From Tubiluchus corallicola (Eukaryota; Animalia; Priapulida), in NCBI GenBank assembly GCA_030141605.1, contig JAQGDQ010000025.1, positions 974,907 to 1,038,906 of the forward strand: a stretch of DNA of 64,000 nt. Reading direction: 5' to 3'. Below the pieces are notes generated by a model that was not told the DNA's origin, did no database searches, and saw nothing but the letters and a program-made list of their open reading frames with translations. Position 1 is the stretch's first letter; each line of letters starts with the position of its first letter. Shown here piece by piece: positions 40,127 to 51,108 of this stretch. Position numbers and translations under genes: made by a program.

Positions 40127-40389
40127 ATTACATAGCAACATATGGTATACCGATGGAGATTGTAACCGATCAAGGTCCGTCTTTTGTTTCACAAGTCCTA
40201 CAGGATCTGGAGGCTGTGCTAGGTACACGAGGTATATTGGCCACTCCATATCATCCTCAGACATCTGGCCTGACTGAGAGGTACAATCAAACTTTGAAGA
40301 CATCAATTCGAAAGCTCCAGATGAGTGCAGGAATTGCTCAGCAATATGCATGGGGCCAATATGACTATGCGCCTTCGCAAAGGTTTTAG
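40127..40389 (+). mobile_element. Gypsy/Ginger-type DDE integrase core fragment
   Basis: YGIPMEIVTDQGPSFVS...TPYHPQTSGLTERYNQTLK contains the second Asp and the Glu of D,D35E; no first Asp, RT, RNase H or LTR seen nearby. Confidence 0.85.
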
Positions 40390-40581
40390 CACAACTTCAC
40401 TGAGTCATACAAGTGATCATCATTGACGTTTGTCATTAAAAAATAGCTATCTGTATTGTATAATTAGGGCATGAATGTCAGGTCTGACATTGCCATTCTG
40501 TGGGGTTAAATGTGGAGTTCGGCACGCAGAGTAAATTAATTATATCAGTAAAAATTTGTGCATCAATTAACCATTCAGATA

Positions 40582-40990
40582 TCTCTTATATTAATATTCT
40601 TGGTATCTTAATATATATATAAGATTCGAGGCTACAGCTTCGACGACGGCACCATTTGCGGCGATCTATATATCAAACGAAAAGTTTCGATCTAGTGTCG
40701 TCTCATTGGGGGTTTATTTTTCGAATGGGGCCCACCGCGAGGAACGGGGGGCGAAAAACCTCCAAAAATGGGCATTTTTCGGCCGTTTTTTGCAAAAGTT
40801 ATACGGCTGAGATGTAGAGAACGGGAATGGGCCGAGGGTGGCGCTGGGTACGGATAGATAGCCCGTTTAGCGATGGGTGTCATAGGCCTATTTAGAATTC
40901 GCGAGAGGGCCAGGGCGCCCCGCAACGGGCGTTTTCCCGGACGCAACGCGATTTTTTCGAAATTTTGACCAAACAGCCTGCAGAAAAAAT
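40582..40990 (+). mobile_element. Non-autonomous Helitron, subfamily B, 5' half
   Basis: A|TCTCTTATATTAATATTCTTGG start; truncated at ...AAACAGCCTGCAGAAAAAA. Confidence 0.85.
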
Positions 40991-41117
40991 TAGTAATTGT
41001 GTTCCCATGCTTTAAATTCTATGTCAATAGAAAATTAGTAATTGTGTTCCCATGCTTTAAATTCTATGTCAATAGAAAATTAGTAATTGTGTTCCCATGC
41101 TTTAAATTCTATGTCAT
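40986..41117. repeat. 45-bp tandem repeat, about 3 copies
   Basis: Unit AAAATTAGTAATTGTGTTCCCATGCTTTAAATTCTATGTCAATAG. Confidence 0.9.
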
Positions 41118-42215
41118 CATTCATCTTTTCCCCCCAGTCAAGATCGCATTTAACAGAATTTTGGTTTTAGATGGTAAAACCTCAAGCGTCCGTCTTCTGT
41201 GCTTCTTTCTTCCATTAATTTCTTCTTGGTTTTGACAAATGTGACAGATTGACCATTACTGGTATGGAATAACAAACGTTCAGCTAAAGCAAGTCAATTA
41301 CGATCAAGATTGTTCTGCAAAGTGAAGCAGCTCCCGATAAGTGAATTTAATCCCACATCAGCGCTATTAAGTTCCTTATACGAAGTTGCGCAAATACGTC
41401 TAGCTGTCTAGGAGTATGGTATCGCTCAGCCGTGATGAATTGCAAAGTCTTGCATTTGACGTTATCTCGGTTTCCGTTTCGCTTAGCTTAAACAGTGATG
41501 GACCCATATTGGCCGTTTAAATGTTTAATAGTCTTATCATATTCAAGCTTGTTTTCAATTTCTAATGTTCATCTATTTCATATGTAATGGCTCGTGCATA
41601 CAGGGGCAGACCATAAGGGGCCAATTAATGGTAGTCGCTGCTCAGTTCGATCAATTCCTTGGCCGAGCTAGGGGTACTAACCGACTGCCCACTAAAGAAA
41701 CAGACAATAGCTGAGCGTAGGCAGACTCTACGGGGGCTCTACCTAAATAGCAGGGATTCTTTTGTGGTGGGATTGATTAAAAACAGGCTTTCCATCTATA
41801 CCCTAAAAGCCAAACTGTAACCAGTCGACTAAATGACAAAATATTAAGTTTAATGACACAAACAAAAACAGTTGTATAGTTGAGTTTTTTGTAAACAATG
41901 GAAATTAGTAATAAGCAAAAGTAAATCTGAACAGCAACTAAACAGCATGGCATGAAATAAATGCAATGACAAAACATACAAAAATCATACAGTGTTCCTA
42001 ACTATTTAAAGGGTCCCTACTTACTCTACCAGCCACCCCAAAATGCGTACGCTAGCATAATATATTCTCCAGACACGTGTAGTTTGTGATCATAGTCCTT
42101 TAGAACGACTAAAGTATGGTTCAAACTTCATCTAACGGGTTCACAACTCCCACAGTAACGACGCAAAAAGTCTGAGAGAAACGTAGCTAAATGCTTGAAC
42201 GTAAGTCTGTCAAAA

Positions 42216-42289
42216 GGGTGACGTGTGAACGGAGCTGTAGGGTGACGTGTGAACGGAGCTGTAGGGTGACGTGTGAACGGAGCTGTAGG
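42216..42289. repeat. 24-bp tandem repeat, 3 copies
   Basis: Unit AGGGTGACGTGTGAACGGAGCTGT. Confidence 0.9.
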
Positions 42290-43178
42290 CACACATGCGT
42301 TCGGAAATTCACATCGAAACAAGTTCTCCCTCTGGCGCCAGTTAACGATAACGTAAGTAAACAGGTACCTTTGCCTTCCGGTTTATTGGCATAAAGTTCC
42401 TACGCCGGGCGGTGACGACTTCTCCGTCCCATGCGATGGACTATCGAGCTGGGCACCTTTCCAACTGCACGACGGTGCTCTCACATGATCCGAAACGACA
42501 TCATCCCAGCATGGTAAGATCAGCAAAGCCATGTAAACCAATGAGTGGACATCTTCCACCACCACAAATAGATCATTAGCTTTTCAAACGTCAGCTAATG
42601 GACAATCAGGTAAAACGTAAAAACGCAGTTTAACCAACCAAACTCAAGTTGCATATCTCGTGTCCGTGAAATCTGTGTCATGAACGTACAGAAATCCATG
42701 CGTTTGGCTTCAATCCGATTAAATGCACAAACGTAACCCAACCGGGGGGGGGGGACTAACATTCCCTAAACTAACAAATAGTACCTAGTTGATCATAACA
42801 ATCTAGAAACAATTTACACTTAGTGAACATAAGTAAAGAAAAGTTAGTGTCAAAATATGAAAATAAAGCTTACCTGTTTATCTGCAGGTTAAAGTACGGC
42901 TCAATGATGTAATCTGGGTCATTACTTCATAATTCCTTGTTTTTATGCATTTTTTTCACATTAATCTGCTTCATTGACTGCATGTATATATATTTAATGA
43001 GGGCAGGCGCTGGTCATCTGCGTGTCTATGTGGTCACTGGTCAGTGATGACGTTCGAGTCCGGCTTTTTCGTTCGAATATTTCTATAGAGTTTGTTTTAA
43101 AATCTAAAAGTTGAGAGGTCATTCCACCATTATTGCTGGGTCAATCGCCGCGAATGAAGTTAAATTTGTTTATATGCT

Positions 43179-43670
43179 TTCATCACGTTTGTATATCTTG
43201 TTTGCTATGAAATTTTTATTATAACTAAGTACCTTCATCACGTTTGTACATCTTGTTTGCTATGAAATTTTTATTATAACTAAGTACCTTCATCACGTTT
43301 GTACATCTTGTTTGCTATGAAATTTTTATTATAACTAAGTACCTTCATCACGTTTGTACATCTTGTTTGCTATGAAATTTTTCTTATAACTAAGTACCTT
43401 CATCACGTTTGTACATCTTGTTTGCTATGAAATTTTTATTATAACTAAGTACCTTCATCACGTTTGTACATCTTGTTTGCTATGAAATTTTTATTATAAC
43501 TAAGTACCTTCATCACGTTTGTACATCTTGTTTGCTATGAAATTTTTATAACTAAGTACCTTCATCACGTTTGTACATCTTGTTTGCTATGAAATTTTTA
43601 TAACTAAGTACCTTCATCACGTTTGTACATCTTGTTTGCTATGGAACTTTTATTATAACTAAGTACCTTC
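43179..43670. repeat. 55-bp minisatellite, about 9 copies
   Basis: Unit TTCATCACGTTTGTACATCTTGTTTGCTATGAAATTTTTATTATAACTAAGTACC; near-identical copies, two with a 3-bp deletion. Confidence 0.95.
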
Positions 43671-43707
43671 TTATAGTGAACGAATCTCAAAGGGACGGCG
43701 TGCTTAA

Positions 43708-46462
43708 GAACGAGTCCGCGAGAGCACCATGCAGGTGGTGGCACATGAGGGGTGACGAATTTATATCATTTTTTTCCAACATGAAGGGCGTCCCCCCAAA
43801 ACCATGTAACCAAGATATCAAATCGATCGAGCTACTATTGGCAGAGAAATGACCACATCAAGAAATTGACCCCGAAAGAGGCAAAAAATCGCTATTTTGG
43901 GGGGTTATTTTAACTTTTTCTCCTGTATAAACTGTTATAGATGGGTCGATGTAAGTTGGCTGGTACATAGACCCAGACATTGTCTTCTGATATCCTAACT
44001 TTTTCTTACATACTATTAATAGTATCAGAGAACGGGATTTTTCAAATTCGGCTCTTTGTTAAGAGTCCCGGGAGAGGTTAAGTTGTAAGGCTCATAACTC
44101 GCCCACTGCGGGGCTACAGAACTTCCGGTTTTCATGTATGTGTTGACCATCATCCTCACTAATAATATAAAAAAGAAAATTCGCTGGAGCCTGTTTGAGT
44201 ATTTAGTACTGGCACTTTAAAATTTTACAAAAATCAGCAAAATTCGCTTTTTTTGTAGTTTTTCAATATTTTTTCTATCTATATGCTGGATTATAAGTGA
44301 CAAATCTGTATTCTAAATTTCATGAAAACGCACGAGCTGAGATAATATCATGAATGACATTATATAGAGGGGGCACTGTTAGAAAAAATTGCCATATCAA
44401 CACACTTTTTTACTTTCCATAGTAATTCCGTCCATGTGTGAAAAGCAGACATACTCGGCTCAGGTCGTATGTGACAGTAAACATTTAGCCACGTTTAACC
44501 TGCATTTTCTGTGACTAGTGCTCTCATTTCCTAGTAGCAATAGATTCCTTTGCCATGGAAATTGCTAGAAATTTGCGAATTTCATCTTAAATTGATTTAG
44601 TTATGTCGGTATTTTCATATGACTACAAATATGAATAATTGCCTCTTCTGATGGATTTCAGGACAGGACATCATGCATGCCCCTAGTACCGAGTCCGACC
44701 CTGATTCAGGGCATTCTCTACACACTGAATCGCTAGCGGATACCAGGAAAGACTAAACAATAAGCCCTCTAATAGAAAAGAAGTACCGATTGTTAGGATT
44801 GAGAGTCATTGCTAGCGAATGAATCTGACAACACTTGGCATATACATGTAAATTAGAAATCCGTTCATTTTTATACATATGTTGATTTTTTATACTTTTT
44901 ATATGAATAAGCTTCATGGCTATACATAGAAGATTATGAATATCAGTACAAAAATGAAAAACTACAAAACTCAGTCAGAATTAATTTCTCTAAGTCCAAA
45001 ATACTCTCCTATTGTAGCAGCATAATCCTATCACTGAAGAGTAGTACATGTAATCAAAACCATAACATCTAAATAATAGAGAAAGAATTATCGATACAGG
45101 TAGATTATCTCTAGAAGATAGATACAGAAATATAGACAAATATATCATAGGGAAAGTGATAAAGCGAAAATCTTACAGTCTAAACATGAGACAATATAAG
45201 CGCATGGGCCGCTTCTAGGGGGATGGCGGTGATATTTAGCTCAGAAAATTTTTCTTCGCCCAAAATTTATTTGTGGCACAAAATCGATACTTCTGACAAG
45301 AAATATTAATAGTGCGATTGAATGATTGAAAGGCACAAAAATTTTCAATGTTTTACAGTCAAAAAATCACCGGACAAATGATATTTTGGGGGAAGTCTGT
45401 CCCATATTTTTTGGGCATTCGCTCAGATTTAAGGCAATTTTCTTTGTGTCCTGGCTTGTACGCCTATGTAAGACAATGAGTAATAACTAAGTAATAACCT
45501 GTACATAACATTTACAAAGCATAGAAAATAAACAGTACATAAAACTATTTCCAGTCCTTGCAAGAAGCAATTTCCATTCCGTAGATATTTCATTTTTTTG
45601 AAGATGGAAGCGCTATAAATGCGGTCCAGTGTCTTTGGTACAGGCTAATAGATTCACAATATTCGTTTCGTGCGGATAACTAGTCAGAATACCGCATTTA
45701 ACGCTGGTAAACAGCCCAGAAAACGAACATTTTAGTTCAGCAGTGGCCGCCATCTTGAATGCTGGAATCCAATCCTGTCGGTAGTTTAACCAATGTGCTG
45801 GCCAGGCCCCTAGTTGCCAAAGATGAATATTTATGACGTTTTGAAGTATTTTGACAAGATTTGACAACTCATGTTTATCTACACGAAGCTTTTTGATGAA
45901 AGTTGTTACCTATATTTTCACCCTGATATATGCCTCTTTCAGAGGTCATTTATAATATGGTGGAAATTCGCTCCATCAAAATTGTCACTACAGCATAGTG
46001 GGATGGGATGCTCTATTCACATACATATCGATATTTTTGTCCCCGCCCCCGCAGTGGGTGAGATATAAGACTTTGAAATGACTGAGTATTTTCATCTTGT
46101 GCGTAATGCGAGCTTAAAGACCCCCAGTAGAGCCGAAAGAGGGGGGTTTGGGACAAAAGTCGAAATGTCATTTTGGAGAAGATAACAAGATCCAATACTG
46201 TGCAGAGTCAGATCTATTCAAACTCAGTGGTCGCTGCATGGCTAATCCTTCAAATATGAGTAAAAAATAGAGAAAAATAGGTATTTTTTCATGAAAATCG
46301 GCCTATGCCGTATCTCTGCTACTATGAGGAGTTGGACCAAACGGATTCACATAGTGAATACTAGTGACTAATGGACCTCATACCCGAACTTTGGTCCGAA
46401 TCGGTTACCTAGCCTTGTGCCGGAATTTTTCGATTTTGCATGGTCTTCTCGCGGACGCGTTC
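43708..46462. mobile_element. 2.75-kb non-autonomous TIR element with TTAA duplication (Kolobok-like)
   Basis: TTAA|GAACGAGTCCGCGAGAGCACCATGCA ... TGCATGGTCTTCTCGCGGACGCGTTC|TTAA; internal inverted motif CTCGCCCACTGCGGG (about 44100) versus CCCGCAGTGGGTGAG (about 46050); no transposase ORF. Confidence 0.78.
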
Positions 46463-46466
46463 TTAA

Positions 46467-46930
46467 TTCAATTCAATTCAATTCATTTCAATTTTGATTT
46501 ATTTATCTCTTTATAATCCTACAATAAAACATGATTAATAAAAGAATCTCTAATAAGTTTTGAAGAATGGTTAAAATGTATAGATAGATCTAGAACTAGA
46601 GAAATGATAGCGAAAAGACTATAAAGTCACCTAGTCTGCTATCGTCTACCGAATAGAGATAAAAAGATTTTTTAGACACTGGTGGGCATTAATGTTATCA
46701 GTTTAATTTAGGAAACATTAGTAATTTTTAAAATTATGACATTTTCTATATAATCCAGAAAAGATTGTATTAATGTAGTTTAATTAGCGGGCAACAAAAT
46801 AAGGTCAATCTTGATTAAACTAAAAATTGCATTTAGATTTGATGTGAAATACAGGTGAAAATTGTTATGAAATGATAAAAACACTTTGGGTTAATAATGC
46901 TATTAATCAACAACAGGAGTTAAATACATT
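46467..46930 (-). mobile_element. Probable LINE (L2/CR1-type) 3' remnant with (TTGAA)n tail
   Basis: Minus strand ends AAATAAATC...GAATTGAATTGAATTGAA; no clear coding remnant. Confidence 0.35.
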
Positions 46931-46934
46931 TTGA

Positions 46935-47723
46935 TCTATACTCTTATATTAATATTCTTGGTATAGATTCGAGGCTACAGCCCGGACGAGGGCACCATTT
47001 GCGGAGATCTATATATCAAACGAAAGGTCTCGATCTAGTGTCGTGCCATTGATGGTTTATTTTTCGAATCGTGCCCCCCACCGAGAGGAAAGGGGGGGGG
47101 CGAAAAACCTCCAAAAATGGCCATTTTCGGCCGTTTTTTACAAAAGTTATACGGCTGAGATGTAGAGAACGGGAACGGGCCGAGGGTGGTGCTGGGTATG
47201 GATAGATAGCCCGTTCAGCGGTGGGTGTAGTAGGCATATTTAGAATTCGCGAGAGGACCACGGCGCCCCGCAACGGGCGTTTTTCCTGAGCCAACTCGCG
47301 ATTTTTTCGAAATTTTGACCAAACAGCCTGCGGGAAAAACGTTCTAGCGTCGCCCGGTGGGACTCTCGGAAGGAGATATATAGCTTTTTACAAAGAGGAA
47401 GGACAGTGCTACACGATGATGTGGGTTATATGTTGGGACACGTCCACCGAGAGGAGTATTGACGAGTTAATTAGGAGTTCTATTTTCGGCAATTTTCACT
47501 TAGAAAAGTGCTGACGCAAAGGCATTGTTCTGACGTCATCCATTGTACTCTACTCTGCTTATAACTTTAATTCAGCAAAAAGCTACAGGCTTTGCGTTAG
47601 TTAAACAAACAGTAGGCATGATGTTACGGGCTTTGTGTTATAAATGAGGACTAGGTAGGATGTTCGCGTATTATTGATTACACATGGTTTTTTACGCAAA
47701 ATCTTTTGCGGGGCCTTTGCTAG
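46935..47723 (+). mobile_element. Non-autonomous Helitron, subfamily A, full length
   Basis: A|TCTATACTC ... hairpin ... CTAG. Confidence 0.9.
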
Positions 47724-48505
47724 TCTCTTATATTAATATTCTTGGTATCTTAATATATAAGATTCGAGGCTACAGCCCGGACGAGGGCACCATTTGCGGC
47801 GATCTATACATCAAACGAAAGGTCTCGATCTAGTGTCGTGCCATTGATGGTTTATTTTTCGAATTGGGCCCACCGCGAGGAAGGGGGGGGCGCGAAAAAC
47901 CTCCAAAAATGGCCATTTTCGGCCGTTTTTTGCAAAAGTTATACGGCTGAGATGTAGAGAACGGGAACGGGCCGAGGGTGGTGCTGGGTATGGGTAGATA
48001 GCCCGTTCAGCGATGGGTGTCATAGGCCTATTTAGAATTCGCGAGAGGGCCACGGGGTCCCGCAACGGGCGTTTTCCCGGACCCAACTCGCGATTTTTTC
48101 GAAATTTTGATCAAACAGCCTGCGGAAAAAACGTTCTAGCGGCGCCCGGTAGGACTCTCGGAAGGAGATATATAGCTCATCAGAAAGAGGAAGAACGGGG
48201 CTACATGATGATGGAGGCTACATTTTAGGACACGTCCACCGAGAGGAGTACCGACGAGTTAATTGGATGGTCTATTTTCGACAATTTTCGCTTAGAAAAC
48301 TGCTGACGCAAAGGCATTGTTCTGACGTCATCCATTGTACACTGTCTATATCTTATAGCTTTAATTCAGTAAAAGCTGCTTTGCGTTAGGTAAGTAGGAA
48401 GGATGTTACGGGCTTTGTGTTATAAATGAAGACTAGGTAGGACGTTCTCGTATTATTGATTACACGTGTATTTATACGCAAAATCTTTTGCGGGGCCTTT
48501 GCTAG
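47724..48505 (+). mobile_element. Non-autonomous Helitron, subfamily B, full length, fused head-to-tail to the preceding copy
   Basis: Junction CTAG|TCTCTTATATT; ends with hairpin plus CTAG|T. The pair sits between A46934 and T48506, the AT target of Helitrons. Confidence 0.9.
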
Positions 48506-49260
48506 TTAGTCGTCGTCGTCATCATCATCAATCATCAATCATCAATCATCACTTATCATTTATTGTTGTTGTTGTTGTTATTGTTACGGCTTTTGTTTCG
48601 GTTAATAGCTGAGAAACTAATATTATAAAGAGTTGGAAAGCGAAACCTGATCAGCTCGTAGTCTCATATTAGGAAATTTTGCAGGTTAATCAGTGACCTT
48701 GAATGGGTAGTTCAGGGTCAAACACTATTTTTTATTTTTTCATTTTGGTTTGATAATTAAAGGTAAACTAGAATCTGGTTATACAGTTCAAACATACATG
48801 TCAAGTTACATTGTGCAAAGCATAATTTTGGTGCCACTCAATGACTATCCATTCACAAAGAAGGAAAAATCACCATGTAAGGTGCACTTTTAACTTCTAG
48901 CGATGCGCTTAGCAAACAAAACAGGTGTAAAGGGACCCGTTTTAGGAGAATTTCTAACTTAGTCATGTGGTGATATACTTGATTCTTTGAAGGTTATTTG
49001 AAGAGTAATTATTCGCTAAATAACTCTCACTGGCGTAATTATTGTCGTTCGGTCGCGTGATAGTGCAAGAGAAAATAAACACCCATGAAGAGGCATTTGG
49101 TACTCGTGTTATTTTAAATCGTTTGATTCCTCATTCTACAGACCCAATTATCGTAATTTACTGCCACTGCAACACAACTTTGACTAAGGGAAAGCATAAT
49201 GGTAGCTATTGTTCGAAGTGGGTTAGGCCCAGAATGTGGGTCAGGCTTTCTCCCTCGCCA

Positions 49261-49352
49261 TATAAAAGCAATATCATGGCATCGGACGCCCGTTTGTCGA
49301 ATTTGTTTGTTCGCTTACCTGAGCGATTTTATGTGAATCGTATACTTCACAG
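49261..49352 (+). promoter_or_regulatory. TATA box and probable non-coding first exon of the SYEPAGR-repeat gene
   Basis: TATAAAAG at 49261; donor CAG|GTGAGA at 49352/49353; acceptor ttgttccAG at 49756, 5 nt before the ATG (aaacATG). Confidence 0.65.
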
Positions 49353-49761
49353 GTGAGATTTTATAATGAACGTACATACACGTGGAAAAAGTGAAAGTCG
49401 TCAAACAGTTCATTATTTTTTAGAAATCATGAAAAATTAGTGTTAATAAATGTGTTAAGAATTCGTGTGAAGTGTCGTGCAAGCCTTCATTGTCGCTAGG
49501 TTGAAGTTTCGTATTACAATTAGGCTTGTTATAGACTTTTTGAGTGAAGATCTAATGGTTGTTAATCGGATATATCAAAGATTGGTTTCGGCAGAACAGC
49601 AGTTTGAATCTATAGGCCTACAATAATTTTTGTTTTGAAATTGCAATTCTGTTTTGCGGGTTGTTCTGTAGTGCATTTACTATTGTTAAATGTAATATTT
49701 AATTTTATTACATTGTTTTGTTTGGACGTGTAAATCAAAGTTTTCTATTGTTCCAGAAAAC

Positions 49762-51108
49762 ATGCAATTTTTAGTGATCTTGGCTGCCTGCATCGTTGGA
49801 GCTTTTTGTTCAGACGGGTATGGAAGCGTGTATGTGCCACCCAGAACTTACGAACCAGAGCCGAGCTATGGAAGATCTCGAAGTTACGCCCATGGGCCGT
49901 CTTATTCGTCACCCCAGAGAGGCCCGCCCGTTCATTTGGAAAAATTCAAGCCCCTGCGCTCTTTTGAAGCCGGCACTTCGAGTTACGGTGGCGATAAGGA
50001 TTTCAATTTCGATTTCAGCGCCCTCCGACGGAAGGTCTTAACACCACCTTTGGGCTACAGGCATTCACCTCGCAAGCCGAAGGTTGTTGGCATTCAGTAT
50101 AAAAAAGGATATGCCAAGAGTTTTGACAGTGAAGATGTTGACAGGAGGGGTCATGGTAACGGCTACATTGAACTTAAGTTTGGTGGACAGAGACAGGCTA
50201 AGCAGGACGTCCTGAAACAATTTACACAGGAAGCCACTGCCGACGGTGACCATAAATCCGGACTGGCTTACGAATTTTACAAGCCCAACCCGAAAATTGG
50301 ATTCCAGGAAGTACCAGTTGAACCTGCTAAAGTTCATTTAGGAAAACCTGTAAAGAAAGGCGGATATGGCACTCCGTCAAAAAGTAGATATGCCCCAGAA
50401 CCTGCGCCCAGTTACGGTGGCAGCTACGAAGTTCCTCTGCCTTACGAAGCTGTAGCAAAGAGCTACGAACCAGCAAAAACCGGATATAAATCAGAAATCA
50501 AAACCTACGAACCCCAAACGAAAAGCAGAAGCTATGATCTTCCTGATAACAGTTATGAATCTCCCAATAAGTATGAACGTGAAGATATAAACTACGAACC
50601 AACCAGGAGCAGTTATGAACCAAGTGCAAGAAGTTACGAACCAGCTGGAAGTTATGAACCAGCTGGAAGAAGTTACGAACCAGCTGGAAGAAGTTACGAA
50701 CCAGCTGGAAGAAGTTATGGACCAGCTGGTAGAAGTTACGAACCAGCTGGAAGAAGTTACGAACCAGCTGGAAGAAGTTACGAATCAGCTGGAAGAAGTT
50801 ACGAACCAGCTGGAAGAAGTTACGAACCAGCTGGAAGAAGTTACGAACCAGCTGGAAGAAGTTACGAACCGACTGGAAGCAGTTATGGACTAGCTGGAAG
50901 CAGTTACGAACCAGCTGGAAGTTACGAACCATCTGGAAGAAGTTACGAACCATCTGGAAGAAGTTACGAACCAGCTGGAAGAAGTTACGAACCAGTTGGA
51001 AGAAGTTACAGCAGAACACCAAAGTCTAATGGTTACACTCTTGATTTGGGAACAATTGGTTACGAGCCCGAACAATCAAGCGGTTACTCTTCTTCAAGAT
51101 ACCAATAA
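49762..51108 (+). CDS. Secreted Tyr/Ser/Pro/Gly-rich repetitive protein (448 aa) with SYEPAGR heptads; function unknown
   Basis: Uninterrupted 448-aa ORF; signal peptide MQFLVILAACIVGAFC; repeat-unit length variants are multiples of 3; TATA box and 5' intron upstream. Confidence 0.9.
   Translation: MQFLVILAACIVGAFCSDGYGSVYVPPRTYEPEPSYGRSRSYAHGPSYSSPQRGPPVHLEKFKPLRSFEAGTSSYGGDKDFNFDFSALRRKVLTPPLGYRHSPRKPKVVGIQYKKGYAKSFDSEDVDRRGHGNGYIELKFGGQRQAKQDVLKQFTQEATADGDHKSGLAYEFYKPNPKIGFQEVPVEPAKVHLGKPVKKGGYGTPSKSRYAPEPAPSYGGSYEVPLPYEAVAKSYEPAKTGYKSEIKTYEPQTKSRSYDLPDNSYESPNKYEREDINYEPTRSSYEPSARSYEPAGSYEPAGRSYEPAGRSYEPAGRSYGPAGRSYEPAGRSYEPAGRSYESAGRSYEPAGRSYEPAGRSYEPAGRSYEPTGSSYGLAGSSYEPAGSYEPSGRSYEPSGRSYEPAGRSYEPVGRSYSRTPKSNGYTLDLGTIGYEPEQSSGYSSSRYQ
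50610..51010 (+). repeat. Coding 21-bp tandem repeat, about 19 units
   Basis: Unit AGTTACGAACCAGCTGGAAGA, with 18-bp variants lacking the Arg codon. Confidence 0.95.

Noticed and set aside
39425-40389. In-frame GALC-integrase fusion transcript
   Set aside because: The GALC exon ends in phase 2 but the integrase segment needs a phase-1 entry at 40127, so direct splicing is out of frame.
42874-42881. 8-nt minus-strand micro-exon (CAG|ATAAACAG|GTAAGC)
   Set aside because: Not frame-preserving, weak pyrimidine tract and no host gene identified.
43000-43070. tRNA-like GTTCGAGTCC box followed by a T run; similar box near 15475-15540
   Set aside because: No cloverleaf could be folded; at most SINE debris.
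43179-43670. CRISPR-like appearance of the 55-bp array (and the 42-bp array at 58357-59023)
   Set aside because: Units are contiguous with no unique spacers, there are no cas genes, and the context is eukaryotic.
50498-51075. Antisense and alternate-frame ORFs (LVRNFFQ and EEVTNQL repeats)
   Set aside because: Shadows of the 21-bp coding repeat; only the 448-aa frame has a signal peptide and unique sequence.
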